Shown here: one piece after another, positions 1 to 13,100 of the stretch
Numbering within the stretch: position 1 is the first letter of the stretch
Layout: each line of letters opens with the position of its first letter
From: the human T2T-CHM13v2.0 reference genome, Homo sapiens
Direction: 5' to 3' (one strand)
NCBI RefSeq assembly: GCF_009914755.1
Contig: NC_060946.1
Length of the DNA stretch: 64,000 bases
Notes under the pieces: generated by a model
What the model was told of the DNA's origin: nothing
What the model saw: only the letters and a program-made list of their open reading frames with translations
The model's database searches: none
Program-made: the position numbers and the translations under genes

Positions 1-70
1 TACATCAAATATAGATTATATACTGTACATAAAATATCAATGTACCCCAAATATATGTTTTATACTCTAC

Positions 71-448
71 ATGAAATATCAAAGTTCACAAACCATATAT
101 TATATACTGTACATAAAATATCAAAGTACCCAAGGTATATATTCTATACTGTACAAAAAATATCAAAGTAACCAAAGTATGTATTATATATTGTACATAA
201 AATATGAAAGTATATCAAATATATATTTTATTCTGTATATAAAATATCAAAGTACACCAGATATATATTCTATAATGTACATAAAATATCAAAGTACCCA
301 AACTATACATTATATACTGTACATAAAATATGAAATTACATCAAATATATTTTATATTAGGTACATAAAATATGAAAGTACATCAAATATAGATTATATA
401 CTGTACATTAAATACCAAAGTACCCCAAATATATATTTTATACTGTAC
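71..448 (+). repeat. Example of the full-length 378-bp 9-mer higher-order unit (M1-M9); about 170 units in the window
   Basis: CATGAAATAT recurs with its ATG at 71, 449 and 827 (378-bp steps). Nine distinguishable monomers occur in fixed order: AGTTCACAAAC, CCCAAGGTAT, CAAAGCATG, TTTTATTCT, ACCAGAT, AACTATACAT, GAAATTAC..TAGG, TAGATT, CCCCAAAT..CATG. The ORF track shows a 126-aa period. A 378-bp period is the known HSat1A nested repeat. Confidence 0.95.
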
Positions 449-1085
449 ATGAAATATCAAATTTCACAAACTATATATTATATACTGTACATATAATATC
501 AAAGTACCCGAGGTATATATTCTATACAGTACAAAGAATAACAAAGTACCAAAAACATGTATTATATACTGTACCTAAAATATGAAAGTACATCAAATAT
601 ATATTTTATTCTCTACATAAAATATCAAAGTACACCAGATATATATTCTATAGTGTACATAAAATATCAAAGTACCCAAACTATACATTATATACTGTAC
701 ATAAAATATGAAATTACATCAAATATATATTATATTAGGTACATAAAATATGAAAGTACATCAAATATAGATTATATACTGTACATTAAATACCAAAGTA
801 CCCCAAATATATATTTTATACTGTACATGAAATTTCAAAGTTCACAAACTATATATTATATACTGTACATAAAATATCAAAGTACCCAAGGTATATTTTC
901 TATACTGTACAAAAAATATCAAAGTACCCAAAGCATGTATTATATTCTGTACATAAAATATGAAAGTACATCAAATATATATTTTATTCTGTACATAAAA
1001 TATCAAAGTACACCAGATATATATTCTATAGTGTACATAAAATAACAAAGTACACAAACTATAAATTATATACTGTACATAAAAT

Positions 1086-1458
1086 ATGAAATTACATCAA
1101 ATATATATTAGGTACATAAAATATGAAAGTACATCAAATATAGATTATATACTGTACATAAAATATCAAAGTACCCCAAATATATATTATATACTCTACA
1201 TGAAATATCAAAGTTCACAAACCATATATTATATACTGTACATAAAATATCAAAGTACCCAAGGTATACATTCAATACTGTACAAAAAATATCAAAGTTC
1301 CCAAAGCATGTATTATATACTGTACATAAAATATGAAAGTACATCAAATATATATTTTATTGTGTTCATAAAATATCAAAGTACACCAGATATATATTCT
1401 ATAGTGTACAGAAAATAACAAAGTACACAAACTATAAATTATATACTGTACATAAAAT
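1086..1458 (+). repeat. Example of the 373-bp variant unit (5-bp deletion in monomer M7)
   Basis: AAATATATATTAGGTAC replaces AAATATATATTATATTAGGTAC. ORF starts 1086 to 1459, 6148 to 6521, 11964 to 12337 and 25402 to 25775 are all 373 bp apart. Confidence 0.95.
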
Positions 1459-2999
1459 ATGAAATTACATCAAATATATATTAGGTACATAAAATATGAA
1501 AGTACATCAAATATAGATTATATACTGTACATTAAATACCAAAGTACCCCAAATATATGTTTTATACTCTACATGAAATATCAAAGTTCACAAACCATAT
1601 ATTATATACTGTACATAAAATATCAAATTACCCAAGGTATATATTCTATACTGTACAAAAAATATCAAAGTAACCAAAGCATGTATTATATATTGTACAT
1701 ATAATATGAAAGTATATCAAATATATAGTTTATTCTGTACATAAAATATCAAAGTACACCAGATATATATTCTATAATGTACATAAAATATCAAAGTACC
1801 CAAACTATACATTATATACTGTACATAAAATATGAAATTACATCAAATATATTTTATATTAGGTACATAAAATATGAAAGTACATCAAATATCGATTATA
1901 TACTGTACATTAAATACCAAAGTACCCCAAATATATATTTTATACTGTACATGAAATATCAAAGTTCACAAACTATATATTATATACTGTACATATAATA
2001 TCAAAGTACCCGAGGTATATATTCTATACTGTACAAAGAATAACAAAGTACCAAAAACATGTATTATATACTGTACATAAAATATGAAAGTACATCAAAT
2101 ATATATTTTATTCTGTACATAAAATATCAAAGTACACCAGATATATATTCTATAGTGTACATAAAATATCAAAGTACCCAAACTATACATTATATACTGT
2201 ACATAAAATATGAAATTACATCAAATATATATTATATTAGGTACATAAAATATGAAAGTACATCAAATATAGATTATGTACTGTACATTAAATACTAAAG
2301 TACCCCAAATATATATTTTATACTGTACATGAAATTTCAAAGTTCACAAACTATATATTATATACTATACATAAAATATCAAAGTACCCAAGGTATATTT
2401 TCTATACTGTACAAAAAATATCAAAGTACCCAAAGCATGTATTATATTCTGTACATAAAATATGAAAGTACGTCAAATATATATTTTATTCTGTACATAA
2501 AATATCAAAGTACACCAGATATATATTCTATAGTGTACATAAAATAACAAAGTACACAAACTATAAATTATATACTGTACATAAAATATGAAATTACATC
2601 AAATATATATTAGGTACATAAAATATGAAAGTACATCAAATATAGATTATATACTGTACATATAATATCAATGTACCCCAAATATATATTTTGTACTCTA
2701 CATGAAATATCAAAGTTCACAAACCATATATTATATACTGTACATAAAATATCAAAGTACCCAAGGTATATATTCTGTACTGTACAAAAAATATCAAAGT
2801 ACCCAAAGCATGTATTATATACTGTATATAAAATATGAAAGTACATCAAATATATATTTTATTCTGTACATAAAATATCAAAGTACACCAGATATATATT
2901 CTATAGTGTACATAAAATATCAAAGTACCCAAACTATACATTATATACTGTACATAAAATATGAAATTACATCAAATATATATTATATTAGGTACATAA

Positions 3000-4430
3000 A
3001 ATATGAAAGTACATCAAATATATATTATATACTGTACATAAAATATCAAAGTACCCAAATATATATTACATACTCTACATGAAATATCAAAGTTCACAAA
3101 CTATATATTATATACTGTACATAAAATATCAAAGTACCGAAGGTATATATTCTACACTGTACAAAAAATATCAATGTACCCAAAGCATGTATTATATACT
3201 GTATATAAAATATGAAAGTACATCAAATATATATTTTATTCTGTACATAAAATATCAAAGTATACCAGATATATATTCTATAGTGTACATAAAATATCAA
3301 AGTACCCAAACTATACATTATATACTGTACATAAAATATGAAATTGCATCAAATATATATTAGGTACATAAAATATGAAAGTACATCAAATATAGATTAT
3401 ATACTGTACATAAAATATCAAAGTACCCCAAATATACATTATATAGTCTACATGAAATATCAAAATACACAAACTATATATTATATAGTGTACATAAAAT
3501 ATCAAACTACCCAAGGTATGTATTCTATACTGTACAAAAAATATCAAAGTTCCCAAAGTAAGTATTATATACCGTACATAAAATATGAAAGTACATCAAA
3601 TATATATTTTATTCTCTACATAAAATATGAAAGTACACAAGATATATATTTTATATATAATATAAATACATAAGTACATAAAATATCAAAGTACACAAAC
3701 TATATATTATGTACTGTACATAAAATATGAAATTTCATCAAATATATATTAGGTACATAAAATATGAAAGTACATCAAATATAGATTGTATACTGTACAT
3801 AAAATATCAAAGTACACCAAATATATATTATATACTGAACATGAAATATCAAAGTTCACAAACTATATATTATATACTGTACATAAAATATCAAAGTACA
3901 CAAGGTATATATTCTATACTGTTCAAAAAATATCAAAGTACCCAAAGCATGTATTATATATTGTACATAAAATATGAAAGTACATCAAATATATATTTTA
4001 TTCTGTGCATAAAATACCAAAGTACACCAGATATATATTATATGGTGTACATAAAATATCAATGTACCCAAACTATACATTAAATACTGTACATAAAATA
4101 TCAAATTACATCAAATATATATTATATTAGGTACATAAAATATGAAAGTACATCAAATATATATTTTATTCTGTACATAAAATATCAAAGTACACCAGAT
4201 ATATATTCTATAGTGTACATAAAATATCAAAGTAGCCAAACTATACATTATATACTGTACATAAATTATGAAATTACATCAAATATATATTATATTAGGT
4301 ACATAAAATATGAAAGTACATGAAATATAGATTATATACTGTACATAAAATATCAAAGTACCCCAAATATATATTACATACTCTACATGAAATATCAAAT
4401 TTCACAAGCTATATATTATATACTGTACAT
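3000..4430 (+). repeat. Variant block copy 1 (16-bp insertion monomer plus M4-M7 reiteration)
   Basis: Matches ~7310-8740 at offset 4311, then 4309. ORF pairs 3079/7390, 3338/7649, 3727/8036, 4320/8629, 4387/8696. Confidence 0.88.
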
Positions 4431-7309
4431 AAAATATCAAAGTACCCAAGGTATATATTCTATACTGTACAAAAAATATCAAAGTACCCAAAGCATGTAT
4501 TATATACTGTACATAAAATATGAAATTACATCAAATATATATTTTATTCTGTACATAAAATATCAAAGTATACCAGATATATATTCTATAGTGTACATAA
4601 AATTACAAAGTACACAAACTATACATTATATACTGTACATAAAATATGAAATTACATCAAATATATATTAGGTACATAAAATATGAAAGTACATCAAATA
4701 TAGATTATATACTGTACATAAAATATCAAAGTACCCCAAATATATATTATATACTCTACATGAAATATCAAAGTTCACAAACTATATATTATATACTGTA
4801 TATAAAATATCAAATTACCTAAGGTATATATTCTATACTGTACAAAAAATATCAAAGTACTCAAAGCATGTATTATATACTGTATATAAAATATGAAAGC
4901 ACATCAAATATATATTTTATTCTGTACATAAAATATCAAAGTACACCAGATATATATTCTATAGTGTACATAAAATATCAAAGTACCCAAACTATACATT
5001 ATATACTGTACATAAAATATGAAATTACATCAAATATATATTATATTAGGTACATAAAATATGAAAGTACATCAAATATAGATTATATACTGTACATAAA
5101 ATATCAAAGTACCCCAAATATATATTATATACTCTACATGAAATATTAAAGTTCACAAACTATATATTATATACTGTACATAAAATATCAAAGTACCCAA
5201 GGTATATATTCTATAATGTACAAAAAATATCAAAGTACCCAAAGCATGTATTATATCCTGTACATAAAATATGAAAGTACATCAAGTATATATTTTATTC
5301 TGTACATAAAATATCAAAGTACACCAGATATATATTCTATAGTGTACATAAAATAACAAGGTACACAAACTATACATTATATACTGTACATAAAATATGA
5401 AATTACATCAAATATATATTAGGTACATAAAATATGAAAGTACATCAAATATAGATTATATACTGTACATTAAATACCAAAGTACCCCAAATATATATTT
5501 TATACTGTACATGAAATATCAAAGTTCACAAACTATATGTTATATACTGTACATAAAATATCAAAGTACCCGAGGTATATATTCTATACAGTACAAAAAA
5601 TATCAAAGTACCCAAAGCATGTATTATATACTGTACATAAAATATGAAAGTACATCAAATATATATTTTATTCTGTACATAAAATATCAAAGTACACCAG
5701 ATATATATTCTATAGTGTACATAAAATATAAAAGTACCCAAACTATACATTATATACTGTACATAAAATATGAAATTACATCAAATATATTTTATATTAG
5801 GTACATAAAATATGAAAGTACATCAAATATAGATTATATAATGTACATTAAATACCAAAGTACCCCAAATATATATTTTGTACTGTACATGAAATATCAA
5901 AGTTCACAAACTACATATTATATACTGTACATATAATATCAAAGTACCCGAGGTATATATTCTATACTGTACAAAAAATAACAAAGTACCAAAAGCATGT
6001 AATATATACTGTACCTAAAATATGAAAGTACATCAAATATATATTTTATTCTTTACATAAAATATCAAAGTACACCAGATATATATTCTATAGTGTACAT
6101 AAAATATCAAAGTACCCAAACTATACATTATATACTGTACATAAAATATGAAATTACATCAAATATATATTAGGTACATAAAATATGAAAGTACATCAAA
6201 TATAGATTATATACTGTACATAAAATATCAAAGTACCCCAAATATATATTATATACTGTACATGAAATATCAGAGTTCACAAACTATATATTATATACTG
6301 TACATAAAATATCAAAGTACCCAAGGTATATATTCTATACTGTACAAAAAATATCAAAGTACCCAAAGCATGTATTATATACTGTACATAAAATATGAAA
6401 GTACATCAAATATATATTTTATTCTGTACATAAAATATCAAAGTACACCAGATATATATTCTATAGTGTACATAAAATAACAAAGTACAAAAACTATAAA
6501 ATACATACTGTACATAAAATATGAAATTACATCAAATATATATTAAGTACATAAAATATGAAAGTACATCAAATATAGATTATATACTGTACATAAAATA
6601 TCAATGTACCCCAAATATACATGTTATACTCTACATGAAATATCAAAGTTCACAAACCATATATTATATACTGTACATAAAATATCAAAGTACCCAAGTT
6701 ATATATTCTATAATATACAAAAAATATCAGAGTACCCAAAGCATGTATTATATACTGTACATAAAATATGAAAGTACATCAAATATATATTTTATTCTTT
6801 ACATAAAATATCAAAGTACACCAGATATATATTCTATAGTGTACATAAAATATCAAAGTACCCAAACTATACATTATATACTGTACATAAAATATGAGAT
6901 TACATCAAATATATATTATATTAGGTACATAAAATATGAAAGTACATCAAATATAGATTATATACTGTACATAAAATATCAAAATACGCCAAATATATAT
7001 TTTATACTCGACATGAAATATCAAAGTTCAGAAACCATATCTTATATACTGTACATAAAATATCAAAGTACCCAAGGTATATATTCTATACTGTACAAAA
7101 AATATCAAAGTACCCAAATCAAGTATTATATACTGTACATAAAATATGAAAGTACATCAAATATATATTTTATTCTGTACATAAAATATCAAAGTACACC
7201 AGATATATATTCTATAGTGTACATAAAATATCAAAGTACCCAAACTATACATTATATACTGTACATAAAATATGAAATTACATCAAATATATATTATATT
7301 AGGTACATA

Positions 7310-8740
7310 AAATATGAAAGTACATCAAATATATATTATATACTGTACATAAAATATCAAAGTACCCAAATATATATTACATACTCTACATGAAATATCA
7401 AAGTTCACAAACTATATATTATATACTGTACATAAAATGTCAAAGTACCGAAGGTATATATTCTATATTGTACAAAAAATATCAATGTACCCAAAGCATG
7501 TATTATATACTGTATATAAAATATGAAATTACATCAAATATATATTATATTCTGTACATAAAATATCAAAGTATACCAGATATATATTCTATAGTGTACA
7601 TAAAATATCAAAGTACCCAAACTATACATTATATACTGTACATAAAATATGAAATTGCATCAAATATATATTAGGTACATAAAATATGAAAGTACATCAA
7701 ATATAGATTATATACTGTACATAAAATATCAAAGTACCCCTAATATACATTATATAGTGTACATGAAATATCAAAATACACAAACTATATATTATATAGT
7801 GTACTTAAAATATCAAAGTACCCAAGGTATGTATTCTATACTGTACAAAAAATATCAAAGTTCCCAAAGTAAGTATTATATACCGTACATAAAATATGAA
7901 AGTACATCAAATATATATTTTATTCTCTACATAAAATATGAAAGTACACAAGATATATATTTTATATATAATATAAATACATAAGTACATAAAATATCAA
8001 AGTACACAAACTATATTATGTACTGTACATAAAATATGAAATTTCATCAAATATATATTAGGTACATAAAATATGAAAGTACATCAAATATAGATTGTAT
8101 ACTGTACATAAAATATCAAAGTACACCAAATATATATTATATACTGAACATGAAATATCAAAGTTCACAAACTATATATTATATACTGTACATAAAATAT
8201 CAAAGTACCCAAGGTATATATTCTATTCTGTTCAAAAAATATCAAAGTACCCAAAGCATGTATTATATATTGTACATAAAATATGAAAGTACATCAAATA
8301 TATATTTTATTCTGTACATAAAATACCAAAGTACACCAGATATATATTATATGGTGTACATAAAATATCAATGTACCCAAACTATACATTATATACTGTA
8401 CATAAAATATCAAATTACATCAAATATATATTATATTAGGTACATAAAATATGAAAGTACATCAAATATATATTTTATTCTGTACATAAAATATCAAAGT
8501 ACACCAGATATATATTCTATAGTGTACATAAAATATCAAAGTAGCCAAACTATACATTATATACTGTACATAAAATATGAAATTACATCAAATATATATT
8601 ATATTAGGTACATAAAATATGAAAGTACATGAAATATAGATTATATACTGTACATAAAATATCAAAGTACCCCAAATATATATTACATACTCTACATGAA
8701 ATATCAAATTTCACAAGCTATATATTATATAGTGTACATA
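7310..8740 (+). repeat. Variant block copy 2
   Basis: Same private variants as 3000-4430 (GAAATTGCATC, ATACCGTAC, the insertion monomer, GAAATTTCATC, AGTAGCCAAA, GTACATGAAATATAG). An extra 2-bp TA deletion near 8012 shifts the offset from 4311 to 4309. Confidence 0.88.
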
Positions 8741-10199
8741 AATTATCAAAGTACCCAAGGTATATATTCTATGCTGTACAAAAAATATCAAAGTACCCAA
8801 AGCATGTATTATATACTGTATATAAATTATGAAAGTACATCAAATATATATTTTATTCTGTACATAAAATATCAAACTACACCAGATATATATTCTATAG
8901 TGTACATAAAATAACAAAGTACACAAACTATAAATTATATACTGTACATAAAATATGAAATTACATCAAATATATATTAGGTACATAAAATATGAAAGTA
9001 CATCAAATATAGATTATATACTGTACATATAATATCAATGTACCCCAAATATATATTTTGTACTCTACATGAAATATCAAAGTTCACAAACCATATATTA
9101 TATAGTGTACATAAAATATCAAAGTACCCAAGGTATATATTCTATACTGTACAAAAATTATCAAAGTACCCAAAGCCTGTATTATATACTGTACATAAAA
9201 TATGAAAGTACATCAAATATATATTTTATTCTGTACATAAAATATCAAAGTACACCAGATATATATTCTATAGTGTACATAAAATATCAAAGTACCCAAA
9301 CTATACATTATATACTGTACATAAAATATGAAATTACATCAAATATATATTATATTAGGTACATAAAATATGAAAGTACATCAAATATAGATTATATCCT
9401 GTACATAAAATATCAAAGTACCCCAAATATATATTATATAGTGTACATGAAATATCAAACTTCACAAACTATATATTATATACTGTACATAAAATAGCAA
9501 AGTACCGAAGGTATATATTCTATCCTGTACAAAAAATATCAAGGTACCCAAAGCATGTATTATATACTGTATATAAAATATGAAAGTACATCAAATATAT
9601 ATTTTATTCTGTACATAAAATATCAAAGTACACCAGATATATATTCTATAGTGTACATAAAATAACAAAGTACAAAAACTATAAATTATATACTGTACAT
9701 AAAATATGAAATTACATCAAATATATATTGGTACATAAAATATGAAAGTACATCCAATATAGATTATATACTGTACATAAAATATCAATGTACCACAAAT
9801 ATATATTTTATACTCTACATGAAATATCAAAGTTCACAAACCATATATTATATACTGTACATAAAATATCAAAGTACCCAAGGTATATATTCTATACTGT
9901 ACAAAAAATATCAAAGTACCCAAAGCATGTATTATATACTGTACATAAAATATGAAAGTACATCAAATATATATTTTATTCTGTACATAAAATATCAAAG
10001 TACACCAGATATTTATTCTATAGTGTACATAAAATATCAAAGTACCCAAACTATACATTATATACTGTACATAAAATATGAAATTACATCAAATATATAT
10101 TATATTAGGTACATAAAATATGAAAGTACATCAAATATAGATTATATACTGTACATAAAATATCAAAGTACCCCAAATATATATTATATACTGTATATG

Positions 10200-13100
10200 A
10201 AATATCAAAGTTCACAAACTATATATTATATACTGTACATAAAATATTAAAGTACCCAAGGTATATATTCTATACTGCACAAAAAAATCAAAGTACCCAA
10301 AGCATGTATTATATACTGTATATAAAATATGAAAGTACATCAAATATATATTTTATTCTGTACATTATATATCAAAGTACACCAGATATATATTCTATAG
10401 TGTACATAAAATAACAAAGTACACAAACTATAAATTATATACTGTACATAAAATATGAAATTACATCAAATATATATTAGGTACATAAAATATGAAAGTA
10501 CATCAAATATAGATTATATACTGTACATAAAATATCAATGTACCCCAAATATATATTTTATACTCTACATGAAATATCAAAGTTCACAAACCATATAGTG
10601 TATACTGTACATAAAATATCAAAGTACCAAAGGTATGTATTCTATACTGTACAAAAAATATCAAAGTACCCAAAGCATGTATTATATACTGTACATAAAA
10701 TATGAAAGTACATCAAAAATATATGTTTAATTCTGTACATAAAATATCAAAGTACACCAGATATATATTCTATAGTGTACATAAAATATCAAAGTACCCA
10801 AACTATTTATTATATACTGTACATAAAATATGAAATTACATCAAATATGTATTATATTAGGAACATAAAATACGAAAGTACATCAAATATAGATTATATA
10901 CTGTACATAAAATATCAAAGTACCCCAAATATATATTATATACTCTACATGAAATATCAAAGTTCACAAACTATATATTATATACTGTACATAAAATATC
11001 AAAGTACCCAAGGTATATATTCTATACTGTACAAAAAATATCAAAGTACCCAAAGCATGTATTATATACTGTACATAAAATATGAAAGTACATCAAATAT
11101 ATATTTTATTCTGTACATAAAATATCAAGGTACACCAGATATATATTCTATAGTGTACATAAAATATCAAAGTACCCAAAGTATAAATTATATACTGTAC
11201 ATAAAATATGAAATTACATCAAATATATATTATATTAGGTACATAAAATATGAAAGTACATCAAATATAGATTATATACTGTACATTAAATACCAAAGTA
11301 CCCCAAATATATATTTTATACTGTACATGAAATATCAAAGTTCACAAACTATATGTTATATACTGTACATAAAATATCAAAGTACCCGAGGTATATATTC
11401 TATACTGTACAAAAAATATCAAAGTACCCAAAGCATGTATTATATACTGTACATAAAATATGAAAGTACATCAAATATATATTTTATTCTGTACATAAAA
11501 TATCAAAGTACACCAGATATATATTCTATAGTGTACATAAAATATAAAAGTACCCAAACTATACATTATATACTGTACATAAAATATGAAATTACATCAA
11601 ATATATTTTATATTAGGTACATAAAATATGAAAGTACATCAAATATAGATTATATACTGTACATTAAATACCAAAGTACCCCAAATATATATTTTATACT
11701 GTACATGAAATATCAAAGTTCACAAACTACATATTATATACTGTACATATAATATCAAAGTACCCGAGGTATATATTCTATACTGTACAAAAAATAACAA
11801 AGTACCAAAAGCATGTAATATATACTGTACCTAAAATATGAAAGTACATCAAATATATATTTTATTCTTTACATAAAATATCAAAGTACACCAGATATAT
11901 ATTCTATAGTGTACATAAAATATCAAAGTACCCAAACTATACATTATATACTGTACATAAAATATGAAATTACATCAAATATATATTAGGTACATAAAAT
12001 ATGAAAGTACATCAAATATAGATTATATACTGTACATAAAATATCAAAGTACCCCAAATATATATTATATACTGTACATGAAATATCAGAGTTCACAAAC
12101 TATATATTATATACTGTACATAAAATATCAAAGTACCCAAGGTATATATTCTATACTGTACAAAAAATATCAAAGTACCCAAAGCATGTATTATATACTG
12201 TACATAAAATATGAAAGTACATCAAATATATATTTTATTCTGTACATAAAATATCAAAGTACACCAGATATGTATTCTATAGTGTACATAAAATAACAAA
12301 GTACAAAAACTATAAAATATATACTGTACATAAAATATGAAATTACATCAAATATATATTAAGTACATAAAATATGAAAGTACATCAAATATAGATTATA
12401 TACTGTATATAAAATATCAATGTACCCCAAATATATATGTTATACTCTACATGAAATATCAAAGTTCACAAACCATATATTATATACTGTACATAAAATA
12501 TCAAAGTACCCAAGTTATAAATTCTATACTATACAAAAAATATCAAAGTACCCAAAACATGTATTATATACTGTACATAAAATATGAAAGTACATCAAAT
12601 ATATATTTTATTCTTTACATAAAATATCAAAGTACACCAGATATATATTCTATAGTGTACATAAAATATCAAAGTATCCAAACTATACATTATATACTGT
12701 ACATAAAATATGAGATTACATCAAATATATATTATATTAGGTACATAAAATATGAAAGTACATCAAATATAGATTATATACTGTACATAAAATATCAAAG
12801 TACCCCAAATATATATTATATACTCTACATGAAATATCAAAGTTCACAAACTATATATTATATACTGTACATAAAATATCAAAGTACCCAAGGTATATAT
12901 TCTATACTGTACAAAAAATATCAAAGTACCCAAAGCATGTATTATATACTGTACATAAAATATGAAATTACATCAAATATATATTTTATTCTGTACATAA
13001 AATATCAAAGTACACCAGATATATATTCTATAGTGTACATAAAATTACAAAGTACACAAACTATACATTATATACTGTACATAAAATATGAAATTACATC

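Larger units (their letters stand above)
1..2650 (+). repeat. Local 1502-bp super-repeat (2x378 + 2x373), about 1.8 copies visible
   Basis: Shared variants at +1502: AGTAACCAAAG (~168/1670), ACAAAGAATAAC (~531/2033), GAAATTTCAAAG (~829/2331), GGTATATTTTCT (~890/2392). ORF starts 557/2059. Confidence 0.85.

Noticed and set aside
1108-1347. Minus-strand ORFs (1108-1347, 2610-2849, 38293-38499)
   Set aside because: These are short antisense translations of the satellite, opened by chance loss of stop codons.
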